The notes beneath the pieces were generated by a model that was given only the letters and a program-made list of their open reading frames with translations, did not search any database and had not been told where the DNA came from. From Paraspadella gotoi (Eukaryota > Animalia > Chaetognatha): DNA of 64,000 bases. The stretch lies in the NCBI GenBank assembly GCA_051294375.1, contig JBJCIZ010000239.1, forward strand, positions 167,625 to 231,624. Direction: 5' to 3'. The stretch's first letter is position 1, and every line of letters starts with the position of its first letter. This document shows positions 46,858 through 60,290 of this stretch, one piece after another. Both the position numbers and the translations under genes were made by a program.

Positions 46858-49264
46858 GCGTCCTCTTCTCTCTCTCTCCCTTTACACTCTCCTTCTCCCT
46901 CTCTCTCTCTTACAACTCATCCTCTCGCGCCGCTATCCAACGTCATTATGTTTCGGTGCATCAATCCCGTCCTCCCTGGCGACCATGTCATCCCCCATTT
47001 ACCTTTGTGACGGGGGGGTGGAATCAACGAGGGCAGGGAAGTGAGTTCCCGCCACTAACGCGCCCCTAGGGGCGATTCTGCATCGCAACAACAAGTCCCC
47101 CTTTTTTTGTTCGCGCCAGCGGCGTTGACCCTTTATATTCCTCGTTGTTTTTTTTAGGGGCGGGCGGGGGATGCGCGGAAAGGACGGGGTGGTCGAAATT
47201 GTGGGGGGCGATTAGGGGAGAAGGGAGGGGAGGAAGATTAAGAGACGGGGTGGACCGAGAAAGAGAGAGTAAGGGTGATAGATAGAGAGAAGAGAGAGAG
47301 TCCAGAGAGAGAGAGAGAGAGAGACAAGAGGAAAAGAGGAGCAAAAGAGAGGTAGAACAGAGACAGGATAGAAGGCATAGAACCGTAGGAAGAGAGAGAA
47401 GACGGGAAGAAAGAGAAAGGGAGAGAGAGGCGAAAGAGGAGGGGAAAGAGAAAATATATGTGTGGAGAGAGAGAAAGTTGACGGAGAAGAGAAGAAAAAG
47501 CGAAAGAGAAATGAGAGATGCGCGAATTCTTGCACCAAAGGAACGAGGTCGAATGCATGGGCACCGAAGTTTCCACAGGGTCGAGTAGGGAAATAGGAGA
47601 TCAAGGGGAAAGATCCTAAGGCATAAAAATGAGAGAAAAAGGAATGTGGAAGAAGGGAGAAGATAAAAATGAAGGATGGGTGTGGAATGACAAGCCAATT
47701 AATGATTCAACATTATTTTTTTTTTTTCAATTTTGAAGAAAAAGATAATTTTTTGCGGTTCAGTGAACCTCAGAAATCTTTCTCCGCGCTTTTCAGACAT
47801 GTGAAGAGAATATGTCTATTCTCGTTCTCTCATTTCTCTTCTCTCTCTCGCTCCTGCATCTCTCTCTCTCTCTTCCGTCCTATCTCTCTCTCAATCTCCT
47901 CTCTTCTCATCAAGTTTCTTCTACTCGTTCTTTTCCCATCCGTTTAACTCTCTCTCTCTCTTCTCTCTTATCTCTCCTCCTCTCGTCTCTCTCTCCTTTG
48001 TCTCCCTCGTCCTCTCTCTTCTTCTTCATCTCTCATCTCATCTCTCTCTCTTCATCGACTGATGCATCGGCCCTCTACCTCCTCAGAGCGATGTCCTCTC
48101 GCGTCTCCCTCTCTCATTTTATTCCCTCTCATCCATCTCTCTACTCTATTGCAGCTTAAGCTTTCCTATGCTAACTTCTTTCCTTGTTTTATTTTTCCCA
48201 TCGAGTCCGTTTTACAAATCTTTGCTGTGCTCCTCTCCTCGTCGTTTTCTCCTCCTCCTCTATCGGCTCCTCCTCCTCTCTCCTCAGTCCACTCTCCCTG
48301 CACCTCTCATCTCTCTCCGTCAGCTCTCTCTCCTCTCACAGTCTCTCTCTCGTCCATCTCGGCGGTCCTCCTCTTCTCCTCTCGCTCTCGATGGTCTCTC
48401 TTTTCTCCTCGTCTCCTATCACTCTGCTTTTCTCTCTCTCGAAAGAACGTTTTTCTTCCACTCTTTTTTTTCTTAGGGTTTTTTTTTCATTTTTTTGCGC
48501 TTTGGCTGACATTTTTTCCCTCCTGTCTTAAACTTTTCTTCATTCTTCCTCTTTTTTACAGCCTTTCCTCTTCTTCTTTCCTGCTCTCTGCTCTCTCTCT
48601 CTCCGCCCTCTCTCTCGTCTCAGTCTCTCTCTCTCTCGTCTCTCTCTCTCTCTCTTCCTTTTTCGCGCTTGACCTATTTTTTCCCTCCTCATTTTTCATT
48701 TCTATTTTTCTATGTTCCACAGGGTGAATTTTTAAGTAGGGCTCGCACGCCATCCCTCCTTCATTTTGTACTTTTTTTTTTTTCTATAATTTTTTAATAA
48801 TAACGGTAGAGCATGCAAAAAACCATTTTTTTTTTTTTTTTTTTTCTTCTCCTGCGGCTTCTCAGTGCACCGCAATTCTATTTTTTCGTTTCCCCTGGTT
48901 TCTCTCTCTCTCTCATTTCTCTCTCTCTCGTCTCTTATTCCTCACTCCTGCCCCCTTCTCCGTCTATTTCTCTGTCTCCTTTCATCTCTCCTCTTTCCTT
49001 CCAATCACAAGGGGCCCTGTGGTTTTTTTTTTTTTTTTGTTGTTTTTTGTCGCGTGTGTTTAAAACTACTTAACTAAACTGGCTCTTGAGTCGACAANNN
49101 NNNNNNNNNNNNNNNNNNNNNNGAGGAACAGAGAGAGAGAGAGAGTGAGAGAAAGACAGGGAGAGTCAATGAAGAGAAAAAAGAAGTTACGGGCAGAAGA
49201 TTCAGGTTTTAACTCGTGAAATTCATTACTTTGTTTGCTTTATAAGTTTATATATATATATATA

Positions 49265-49477
49265 TGTGGATAAGTCGCTACGTGGGCTGAAGATGACTGT
49301 CAGTAAATCTTTAACCCCCTCTAGCAGCCATGGAACGGGTCCCTGGGCTTGGAACCAGGCTTGAGAGTTTGCCACGCCCCCAAGGCGGCTTACGGCCGTC
49401 CTCACTCTTCCCGCAGGGTATGTACCGAGTTGGGATTGAACTCGGTACCTAGTGGTCATGAGCTGATGACTTTACTT
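49265..49477 (+). mobile_element. Family A element, truncated at a duplication or assembly junction
   Basis: 5' two-thirds of the element with the same left flank as 46396; the sequence then jumps to the start of the duplicated block. Confidence 0.6.
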
Positions 49478-50724
49478 AAAAAAAGAAGAGAGATGAGATT
49501 TAGTAGCAATGTTAAGTCGCAGTCTTATTTTCACTTATTTTTATTTTTTTTTGAATTGTCGATATTTCGCGCAGTTTGGTGAGAGATAGAGACTGGACGC
49601 GCTTTATGGAGACAGAGATGGTCTTTGGTTAAGGATTGCGAATCTAAATTAGACTAAGTATTTTTAAAATTACCTGATTTTCTTTAATTGTTAATCTTTA
49701 ATCAATCACTTGCGAACAAATATTTTATTTATAAAAAATAATCCAAATTATATGATATTTTTTTAGTGCAACTCCAAACGCATTAAAACCGGATATTATG
49801 TTTTCCTGATTTCTGTTTGGCAAACGAAATTTTTTTTTTCTCATCTCGTCTCTCTCTCTCTCTCTCTTCATCTTCCTCTCGTCTCTGCTCTCTCTCTCTG
49901 CTCTCTCATCTCTCGTTACTCTCTCTCTCTGCTCTATCTTCTCGCTTCCGGTTTTATTACTACAAAATAATCCCGACGGAATCGGAAAATCGACCAAATG
50001 CCAAGGAGAGAACCAACGTTGGCCTGCGACTGCAGATCGTCGTCGTCGTCGTCGTCGTCGCTACTTACTTCGTGGTTGTTGTCGTCGTCGTACTTGTGTC
50101 CGATATGTCAGTTTGCAAAACTGTGTTGACGCTTAAGATTTCGGTTGCCAAGTTTTCAACTGGAAATAAAAGATGAGATATCACGTGAATTCCGCTTTTT
50201 CTCTCTCTCTCTCTCTCATTCTCTCTCGTCTCTCCTGCTCGTCTCTCTCGTCGTCCTCTCTTCTCGTCTCTCCTCTTCTCATCTCATCTCTCTCATGCTC
50301 TCTGCTCTTTCTTTTTAAGAAGATCTATCGCTTATCATTCTACGCAAGCGGGACAGACTTTTTCCTTTTCCTTCAAAAGGAAGGGCGAGCCTTTCCTTCA
50401 AGTTAAGATTATCAACGTCTAATGCCCAATGTAATTAATTTTCTTGCAAATACGTTTGCACTACCCCGAAAAGTTAATTTTGTCCGTAACCGCTGCGTCG
50501 CTCTCGTGCGTCACAGCCTAAAGCCAACGATGACGTCAACCGCCTGACGTCCAATTCTGCAGTCACGATTGACGTCAACCGCTCTGAGATAGGCGTCACT
50601 ATCGTCAGTCCTGTCTGTCAGTCTGTCTGTCGCCAGCATCGAATGCCTCGACAGGAGAAGCCGGAAGTGAAAAAGGGAAATTTCGTCGAAGTCTGGGTTT
50701 GGGGAAATGCAAATGAGAGAGAGA

Positions 50725-50799
<75 letters not shown>

Positions 50800-51424
50800 G
50801 AGAAGAGTTGAATGGTAACGATGCGTGAAGTGGAGATGATGAGTGGATTTTGTTGTAGCAAGTGAACAAGTATGCGGGACTATGTGAAGTTGTGACACGT
50901 AGTTTTTCTTCTTTTTTCCCCTTGTATCGTCCTGTTTTTCTGTTGTTTAGACTGTTTTTATAATTTTTAGCTTGCGCGGCTTGAGTGTCTTTCTTGTAAT
51001 GTTGTTCTTTCTATGTGTCCGTCTTACGTGTTAAATGGCGAATTGTTATAAATAGACATTTTTAGTTAGTGGTTAGTGTTTCGTACTGTAGGGCTGGAAC
51101 CTGATTGATTCGCCACAGTACTTAATACTTAAATAGCTATCTTATAATACTTAACAAACACTTAATAAACTTTCAAGTAAACTTTTGAAAAAACTAACAC
51201 GCAGTGTCTCCGTCCTATATATAGGCGATTCTCTGTGTAACCTTAACAGCTATTGCACGTTTTCCCTTGTTAATTTGACTTTTCCTCGTTTAAAAATTAC
51301 AAACAGAATCCCGAATAAAAAAAAAAAGGGACCAAAAATAAGAATTAAGAAAACAAAAAAAAATAAATATAAACAGGAAACTGGATTCTATGTTTCTGCT
51401 TCAGGCGCACGCGAGAGAGAAGAG

Positions 51425-51487
<63 letters not shown>

Positions 51488-51651
51488 AAGGTTGCCGGAG
51501 CGTCGGGTTTAAACATCTCGTTGTTGCCCTACAGGTAGAAGAGGATCAGCAGCGAAGCAGAAAACGTCAAACTGACCAAACAAACAAACACAACGAATTG
51601 AAAGAGTAAATGAGGCCGAAATGAGGGTTGATGGGGAGAGAGGAGAGAGAG

Positions 51652-51683
<32 letters not shown>

Positions 51684-51886
51684 AGAGAAGAGAGAGAGAG
51701 AAGAGAGAGGAGAAATGGAGAAAGAACCTAGGAAAGGTGAGAGGCACAGAGAGAGAGAAGAGAGGAGAGAAAGACAGGGAGAGTCAATGAAAGAGAAAAA
51801 AGAAGTTAAGGGCAAGAAGATTCGTTTTAAACGTCGTGAAATTCTTATTTGTTTTGCCTTTAATAAGTTTATATAATATATATATT

Positions 51887-52197
51887 TGTGGAGATAAGTG
51901 CGTACGTGTGGCGCTGAAGATGACTGTGCAGTAAATCTTTAACCACCCTCTAGCAGCCATGGAACGGGTCCCTGGGCTTGGAACCAGGCTTGGAGGGTTG
52001 CCAGTGCGCCCAGGGCGGCTTACGGCCGCGTCCATCACGAGCTTCCCGCAGGTATGTTACCAGGGGTTGGGAATTGAGCTCCGGTAACCCTAGTGGTCAT
52101 GAGCTGATGACTTTAACTTATGGCGAACCTAACGCGGGTCACAATTGTAGATGTCATGCTTCTAGACGGGGTGAACCTAGGCAATGCCCGACTACCA
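51887..52197 (+). mobile_element. Family A element in the second copy of the duplicated block
   Basis: Same flanks as 46396-46710. Confidence 0.7.
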
Positions 52198-53327
52198 TAT
52201 GAATCGTTTATTTCCTTTTTAATCCTAGAATCCCTTTTTCTATATTTTCTCTCTTACTGTCCCCTTCTCTCTCTTTCTTTCTCATCTCTTTTCTCTCGTC
52301 TCTCTCTCTCTCATCTTCGTCTCTCTCTCTCTCTCTCTCTCTCGCGTCCTCTCTCTCTCTCTCCCTAACTCTGCTCCCGCTCTCTCGTCTCTTCTCATCT
52401 TTCCTCTTGCCTATCCAACGTCATTATGTTTCGGTGCAGATCAATCCCGTCCTCCCTGGCGACCATGTCCTCCCCCATTGAGCCTTTGTGACGGGGGGAG
52501 GGTGGAATCGAACCGAGGGCAGGGAAGTGGAGTTCCGCCAACTAACGCGCCCCTAGGGCGAATTTCTGCATCGCAAACAAAGTCCCCCTTTTTTTTTCGC
52601 GCCAGCGGCGTTGACCCTTATATTCCTCGTTGGTTTTTTTTAAGGGGCGGGCGGGGGATGCGCGGAAAGGACGGGGTGGTCGGAAATTGTGGGGGGCGAT
52701 TAGGGAGAAGGGAGGGGAGGAAGATTAGAGACGGTGTGACCGAGAAAGAGAGAGTAAAGGGTGATGAGATAGAGAGAGAAGAGAGAGAGTGCAGAGAGAG
52801 AGAGAGAGAAGAGACAGAGGAAAAGAGGAGCANNNNNNNNNNNNNNNNNNNNNNNNNAAAGAGAGAGAAAGAGAGGTAGACAGAGACAGATAGAAGGATA
52901 GACCGAGAAAGAGAGAGACAGACGGAGAAAGAGAAAGGGAGAAAGAGAGCGAAAGAGAGGGGAAAGAGAAAAATATATGTGTGAGAGAGAGAAAGTGACG
53001 GAGAGAGAAAGAAAAAGCGAAAGAGAAATGAGAGATGCGCGAATTCTTGCACAAAGGACGAGGTCAATGACATGGGCACGAGTTTCACAGGGTCGAGTAG
53101 GGAAATAGGAGATCAAGGGGGAAGATCCTAAGGGCATAAAAATGAGAGAAAAGGAATGTGGAAGAAGGGAGAGATAAAATTGAAAGGATGGGGTGTGGAA
53201 TGACAAGCCAATTAATCGATTCAAATTATTTTTTTTTTCAATTTTGAAGAAAAAAGAAATAATTTTTCGGTCAGTGAACCCTCAGAAATCTTTCGCTTTT
53301 CACAATGTGAAGAGAATATGTCTATTC

Positions 53328-53389
<62 letters not shown>

Positions 53390-53498
53390 TTTTTCTCTTC
53401 TCTTCTCTCTTCTATCACTTAGCTTTTCTATCTACTTCTTTTCTTGTTTTATTTTCCCATCGTCCGTTTTACATCTTCTCTCTCTGTCTCTCTCCTCT

Positions 53499-53591
<93 letters not shown>

Positions 53592-53752
53592 CGCTCTGTC
53601 TCTCTCTCAAAAGACCGTTTTCTTAGGGTTTTTCAATTTTTTCTTCTGCTGACTTTTTCTCCTTCTTAACTCTTCATTCCTTTCTCTTTTTACAGCCTTC
53701 TTCTTTCGCTTCTCTCTTTCTCTCTTCTCCTCTCTCTCTACTCTCTCTCTCA

Positions 53753-53811
<59 letters not shown>

Positions 53812-54634
53812 CTCTCTCTGCCCTTTCCTTTTCGCTCTTGACCTAATTTTTTTTCCCTCTCATTTTCATTTCTTATTCTTGTCACTGAAATTTTTAAAGT
53901 AGCGCCCTCCCTCCTTCATTTTTACTTTTTTTTTCTATATTCATCTTAAATATCACAACAAACCTTTTTTTTTTCTTCTCCTGCGCTTCTCGTGCACCCA
54001 ATTCTATTTTTCGTTTCCCTGGTATTTCTCTCTCTCTCTCTTTTCTCTCTCTCTCTCTCTTTCTCACTCTCCCTCTCCCTCTCTTTCTCCTTTCATCTCT
54101 CTCTTTCCTTCATACAAGGGGCCTGTGTTTTTTTCCTTTTACTGGCTCTGAGTCTGACATAAAAATCCGACCATAAAAAAAAAAAAAAATGCAGTAAACC
54201 TCGTGACTTTTTCAAATCCCGCGCATGACTGCGCCGACGTGTGCCGAGCACGCGATTCACGTTCGTGCGCGTGTGAAAGCGGGATTTGATCGCTCACCCG
54301 TCCTTGCGTGCGTGCCAAAAATTTGAACAATCTCGCCAGCTGCATAGGTGCGACTTATCCTTAACGTTTGCGTAGTTTAGGCTCTTCCACCGTTATTTTA
54401 GACGGTTAGATGTTTTGATGTACCATTTGGAACTAATACATATTAACATATTAACATATTGTTAAACAATCAATGAGTTTAACTTTAAACAACTGCAACT
54501 GCCTCTTGAGTTTATAAACTTTACGATCGGTTAAGTCTTCTATCCGTTATATTGTTACATGATAATAACATTGAATAAAATTAATAAAATATAAAAATAG
54601 TGAAACAAGTAATTTGTAAATTTTCATTGAAACA

Positions 54635-54710
<76 letters not shown>

Positions 54711-55196
54711 AGATTAACCTTAAAAGATTTAACTCTGATTCACAGAAGCTTTTTTCTCTAAAATTTCCTCATAATTTTCGTTTTCGCTCTTCTTAACTTT
54801 CTCCTTTTGCCACTAGAAAGGGAGAAACAGAGAGGGAGCACGTGTGAGAGAGATACAGAAAAACTTCTGTCTCTGACGTACATAATTCGTACAACAGCTG
54901 CGTGCAACGATTGCGTGCAATGACTACGTGTAATGGTTGCGCGCAATGGCTGCGTGCGATTGCGTGCGACGCCCGCACGCGGATTCTTTTTCCGGAACGA
55001 AATATCATAAATCAAAGGAAAAGGGAAAGCAGAGTGAGAGAGAGAGAGAGGGAGATTGTGAAGCCGGTACAACGTCGTCGAGTGCTGATCCCGAATTCTT
55101 GTCGACTTCTCGAGATTCTTTATCGTCGTCGTCGTCGTCGTCGTCGTCGACGTCCTTAAGCCCTGAAAACTTTTCCTCCATTAAATCGAATTCGAT

Positions 55197-55494
55197 TTTT
55201 AGTTGTTCTGCGAGTATTCGTCACTTTTCGGTCGGTCTGTCTGTCTGTCGGTCTGTCGGTCGGTATGTCTGTCCGTTGGTCTGGCCCAATTACAATAAAA
55301 ATACATATAATCCGCCTACAGTTGGTTGCTATAAGGAATGAAAGACGGAATTTTGATGCAGTGCATGTCATAAATACATAGGTTGAGAACGTTTTTTAGT
55401 AATGTCATGTCATGTCATACCATGAGATCAAAGGGAAATACACGTGAAAATAAAGTCACTGCGGCGCAACACGTTGGAATCACCGTTCTTGTTT
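55197..55494 (+). mobile_element. Second copy of the HINE-like element
   Basis: Colinear with 35115-35497 (GTCGGTCTGTC tract, ATGCAGTGC.TGTCATAA, GTCACTG..GCGCAACAC.TT.GAAT.ACCGTTCTTGTTT). Confidence 0.6.
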
Positions 55495-57208
55495 TCTAGA
55501 AATTTTAAGAGAAAATGTACTCGGCAAAATAAATTCAACACTTTAAATAATTAAATTAATAAATTACGAGAATTGCCGACGACTAACACAATATTTTCGT
55601 TCATCACTAACTAATTTTAAAACTTAAGTCTCTGCAAATTAAATGATGACATTTCTAGATCGACAGCGACATCTCTGGACGTTTCTCATTAATTTTCTGA
55701 GCGCATTTTCTCTTCGTTCCATTTAAAGGCAAAGAGAACCAAAAAAATTACGATGATAATGACGACGACAACGACGACGACGATGTCAAATATTTTCGAG
55801 CAAACTCAACCGAAAAGTCGTTTAAAAAAAAGGTGAATTGAATTACGAACTAGAAACTTAAACAGAGACATTGAAAAATTAATTTGACACTAAAAATTTT
55901 TGGATCAAGTAAAAGTTTTAAAGCGGCTAAGACGATAAAACAATAACAACAACAACAACGCCGACAACAACAAAGTCGACGACAACGACAACATAAAATA
56001 GACGACAGGTTTCGCAGATGCAATAGCAGAGATAACGTCGCTTGTGTTGTCGAAGATAAAAGAAACCAGTGGCTGCGCAAAGGTTGTTAAGTTTTGATAT
56101 AAAATATAATAAAATAAAAACATATTTCAATTTAAAAGTTGATATAAAATATATTATATGATATTTTTTTATTGTGAATTAATTTATATTTTTAAAAAAA
56201 TTGAATATATATCAAAATGAATCTAAAACATTAAGTAAATAAATTATAGTAATGTATATGTTTATATAAATAAAATGATATGAAAATTAAAAGTACAAAC
56301 TAAGACTGAACCGCTAGGGCGGCTGCAAATGGGATCTACGTGAAAGTAAAGAAACCGAATAAATTGGAAAAAATAAAAATAAATCTAAACCAAAATAAAA
56401 ANNNNNNNNNNNNNNNNNNNNNNNNNNNNNNNNNNNNNNNNNNNNNNNNNNNNNNNNNNNNNNNNNNNNNNNNNNNNNNNNNNNNNNNNNNNNNNNNNNN
56501 NNNNNNNNNNNNNNNNNNNNNNNNNNNNNNNNNNNNNNNNNNNNNNNNNNNNNNNNNNNNNNNNNNNNNNNNNNNNNNNNNNNNNNNNNNNNNAAGTTCA
56601 AAGTGATTAAGTGATTGAGGGAACTTGGAAAGGAAGCAAGTTGGGGTTGGGGGTATAGATTGGATAGGGTTGCGGCTAAAGGGAATTAAATTGAGAAGGG
56701 AATAGAATTGTTAAGTGATGAAGAGAATAGAGAATAGAATAGAATGATTGGATTAGAAAATGAAAAGAGTTAAAGAGAATATGATACAAAAGTGATGAAG
56801 GGAGTAGAATTATGAAATGATGGAGAGAATAGTGATTAGAAAAATAATGATTGGATTAGAAAATGAAAGGAGTAAAGAGATTATAATTTGCAAGGGATAA
56901 AGAGAATAGAATTTTTAAAAAAAATTGAGGAAAGTTGAATTTCGGAAGAGGCGAAGGCTCGTGAGCGGAAATGAGTGAAATTTAGTGAATAGTGAGAGAA
57001 GAAACGGAGAAATTCACCGGAGGGTGAAACGGGCTGATTGCGTTTGTGACGAAAACGAAACTCAATGAGCGGGCGGTTGATGGGGATGGGGGGGCGTCGG
57101 ATGTGAAAAAGAGATGGCTCGTGAGAAAATGGGGAAATGGCCTCTTGAACAAAGCGACCCGAATTGGGAAGAGAGGAATTGGAAAAAGAAGAGAAGTTGA
57201 GAGTGTCG

Positions 57209-57285
<77 letters not shown>

Positions 57286-57379
57286 GCGTTAAAGAGTTAG
57301 TCAAGCTGCTTGTAAACAGGGATCAATCTAGACCGAATTTCGTAGAAAAATCTTGTCGGTGAAAACATCGGTGATGTTT

Positions 57380-58095
57380 TTTTTAGCCGGATCTACTTGT
57401 CAGCAGATCCCGACTCTATAATTCACTTTGTCGGTTCGTCGGTCCGCCCCCCCTCAATCTTGTCGGGCATTCACTTAAAGCATGTCAGAACATCGAATTA
57501 GGATAAATTATGCAAAAAACGATGTCCGTCCGTCCGTCTGTTTATTCGTCTGTCCTACCTTAGCAAAAAACACAAATTACTCGTGATTTTATTGATGGAT
57601 TGGAATGAAATTTTGTGTGTGGGTAGGAAAGTGTGCGATTTAGTAGGAAATAAAGTTAAGATGGAATCGTCCAAGTGGAAATGAGTTAAAATGGAAAAAA
57701 CAAACAATCTATTCTACTATTTGATTATGCTTTTTTATTTTTATATTAAATGTAAATTTAAGCTGCATTAATTAATTATTAATAAATAACTAAATAATTA
57801 ATTATTAATTATTTGTAATTAATTAATTAATTATTAATAAGTAATTAATTAATTATTAATTATTTGTAATTAATTAATTCATTAATTCATTAATTTTGTT
57901 GATCGAGATTGTTGTTTTGTGATTGAGAGGCGAGACAAAGTGGAAAACGATTTTGACAAGAATAAAAAAAATTAATACTAATTAATTAATTAAATAATTA
58001 ATAAATAATTAATTGATTAATTATTAATTATTCAATTAATTAATTATCGCTAATGATCGTTGGCAGATCCGGCATTGTTTGCTCAAACTTGTTTT
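57380..58095 (+). mobile_element. HINE-like family 2 copy
   Basis: Colinear with 25345-25790; also shares GATCGAGATTGTTGTTTTGTGATTGA..GGCGAGACAAAGTGGAAAACG with 9911 and 21892. Confidence 0.55.
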
Positions 58096-58293
58096 TTGTA
58101 AATGTGAGGGTTAATGGAAACGAAATGAAGGGAATCCCCCTTTGGGGGGGGACACGAGTCCAGGGGCTTTGGGGTGTGGGGGTCATTGAAAGTTCGGTAG
58201 TCCAGGGGGAGAAAGTAAACCGATGGGAAGGAAAAGATGGGATGAGGAAGAAAACCCTAAGGGAGGGGTTAGAGGTGAAGGTGTGAGATCAGG

Positions 58294-58417
<124 letters not shown>

Positions 58418-58564
58418 ACTAATAGAATCCTAAGCAATATTCCTTGGAAGTAGAAATTCTTAAATTGTATTAAAAAAAAACTATGAATATATTAATTTAA
58501 AGATTACGTGACCTTGATTTCCTTTCCCTCTCTCCCCTACCCGTCCCTTTCTCTTCATCCACAG

Positions 58565-58702
58565 CCCCTCCAACGTTCGGTCGCACTTCGCCGGATCTGG
58601 TTGTGCTCGAACCGCTGGAGAGTCTCACCCTGAGATGCGAAGCGGACGGATCTCCCAAACCGACGCTCGGGTGGGAGAAGGACGGACGGAGGCTGCGGCC
58701 GG
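58565..58702 (+). CDS. tutl: Turtle/IGSF9-like protein, Ig2 N-terminal half
   Basis: ccacag|...|gtgagt, 138 nt, phase 1-1. Encodes PPTFGRTSPDLVVLEPLESLTLRCEADGSPKPTLGWEKDGRRL, an I-set Ig start, in frame with the previous exon. Confidence 0.85.
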
Positions 58703-59026
58703 GTGAGTCGGTTATCGTCGTCGTCGTTGCTGCTCGGCGTCGTTATCGTCCTTGTCGTCGTCTTTCTCCTAGTTATTCTTCGTCGTCATCGTCAATCATT
58801 GTTGTCGGTGCTGTCATCGTCGTCGTTGGCCTCGTTGTCGGTCGTCTTTCATTATTGTCAGTATTTTCGTACTTTTTCATGGCCATCGTTGTCGTCGTCG
58901 TTTCTGTCGGCGTCTTTGCTGTCGTAGTCATCTTTTTCGTAGTTATCTTCGTCGTCGTTGATATAGTCGTTGTCGTTGCTGTCGGCGTCGTCGTCGTTGC
59001 TTTCGTCGTCGTAGTCGTTATCATCA

Positions 59027-59077
59027 GGCCTGGTTCCAAGCCCAGGACCCATTCCATTGCTGCCTAGGGGGCCTAAT
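59027..59077 (-). mobile_element. Internal fragment of family A
   Basis: GGCCTGGTTCCAAGCCCAGGACCCATTCCATTGCTGC is the reverse complement of the family A core (GCAGCCATGGAACGGGTCCCTGGGCTTGGAACCAGGC). Confidence 0.6.
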
Positions 59078-59089
59078 CCTCGCCCCTCT

Positions 59090-59422
59090 CCGCCAAATGT
59101 GCAACGACGCCTTTCTCAATTTCTTTTCTTTCACAGTGATTCACGGTGATTAACAGTGATTCACACTGTGCCAAATGTTTCTCAACTTCTTTCCTTTCAC
59201 CGTGATTCACATTGTGCCAAATGTTTCTCAATTTCTTTTCTTTCACAGTGATTCACGGTGATTCACACTGTGCCAAATGTTTCTCACTTTCTTTTCTTTC
59301 ACAGTGATTCACGGTGATTCACACTGTGCCAAATGTTTCTCAACTTCTTTTCTTTCACAGTGATTCACGGTGATTCACACTGTGCCAAATGTTTCTCAAC
59401 TTCTTTTCTTTCACTGTGATTC
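59090..59422 (+). repeat. ~56-bp intronic tandem repeat (GATTCACACTGTGCCAAATGTTTCTCAACTTCTTTTCTTTCACAGT...)
   Basis: Five to six units just upstream of the 59461 acceptor. Confidence 0.8.
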
Positions 59423-59460
59423 TGCTCATTCTCACCTCCCTGCCCTTTTAATTTCCTCAG

Positions 59461-59598
59461 GCATCGGCCCGACAGTGATCTTGGGCGACACGCTCTCCAT
59501 CCCGATCCCGAGCAAAAACGACGGTGGCACTTACTCTTGCACGGCGCAGAACGGAGTCGGGAATCCCATCACTAGGATTTTCCAAGTCGTCAAAAAGG
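59461..59598 (+). CDS. tutl: Turtle/IGSF9-like protein, Ig2 C-terminal half
   Basis: cctcag|...|gtgagt, 138 nt, phase 1-1. Encodes IGPTVILGDTLSIPIPSKNDGGTYSCTAQNGVGNPITRIFQVVKK (D.G.Y.C.A.N..G motif). Confidence 0.85.
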
Positions 59599-59837
59599 GT
59601 GAGTTTAAATGTCTTCGATTCGTTTCGTGATAATTCGTTTATGAAAAAAATTGCAAGATTACTCGTTTCACTATATTAGACTTAAAAATTTTATATTAAA
59701 ATTTAAAAATAAATGTAAAAAAATAATAAATTTCACTATATATTAGATTAGTTCATGTTCTTTATTTAAAGTATAGTGTTGTCATCTGGAAATAGAGGGT
59801 GCATCTATACAACACAAGGTTAAAAGTTACTTTCTGC

Positions 59838-60290
59838 CCTAGTTTTCTAATTAGATATTAGACATCACTCTTGCAATAAAAAATATAACAAATAGTCCAT
59901 AAGGAGTTTGATGTTGATTTTGACAATAAATTGGTTAAAAATAGAAAAAATCTTAAAAAATCATCATCATCATCATCATCATTGGCTGAATTTTATGGTT
60001 TTTTAAAAATTTTCATCGATAAAACAAAACAATTTTAAAAATTTGTATTAATAACCTTTATCTAACTTTTAAAGCTCTATCAGAATTTATTAAAAAAATT
60101 TAAAAATTTAAAAAAAAATTTTAAATTTTATATAGTAATAAAATAATTTTTAAATCCTTCCGTGCGCTAATTAATAAGATAAATTTAAAAAAAAATATTT
60201 TCATTTTCTTATTCTTTAACAGTCACTTAACCATTATTTATTTGAGAGAACTAGATTTCAACCTGTTCCGGCCTACTACATAGTGCCATC
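59838..60290. mobile_element. Second copy of the AT-rich element, without the hammerhead insert
   Basis: TTTTGACAATAAATTGGTTAAAAATAG...AACAGTCACTTAACCATTATTTATTTGAGAGAACT is shared with 39469-39973. Confidence 0.55.

Larger units (their letters stand above)
43848..54157 (+). repeat. Direct duplication of a ~5 kb intronic block (43848-49097 vs 49478-54157), likely assembly redundancy
   Basis: Colinear throughout, differing mostly by random single-base indels; N-gaps at or near the junction. Confidence 0.7.

Noticed and set aside
49462-49500. CTGATGA in family A suggesting a retrozyme LTR
   Set aside because: Other copies read CTGATGC or CTGATGG, and no stem II followed by GAAA can be formed.
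58703-59067. Val-rich membrane anchor read through after the Ig2 half exon
   Set aside because: It is (GTC)n microsatellite following a consensus gtgagt donor, and the Ig domain is completed by the exon at 59461.
59090-59422. CRISPR-like appearance of regular repeats (also 30540-31125, 8445-8632, 25975-26135)
   Set aside because: Units are head-to-tail with no unique spacers, there are no cas genes, and the context is eukaryotic and intronic.
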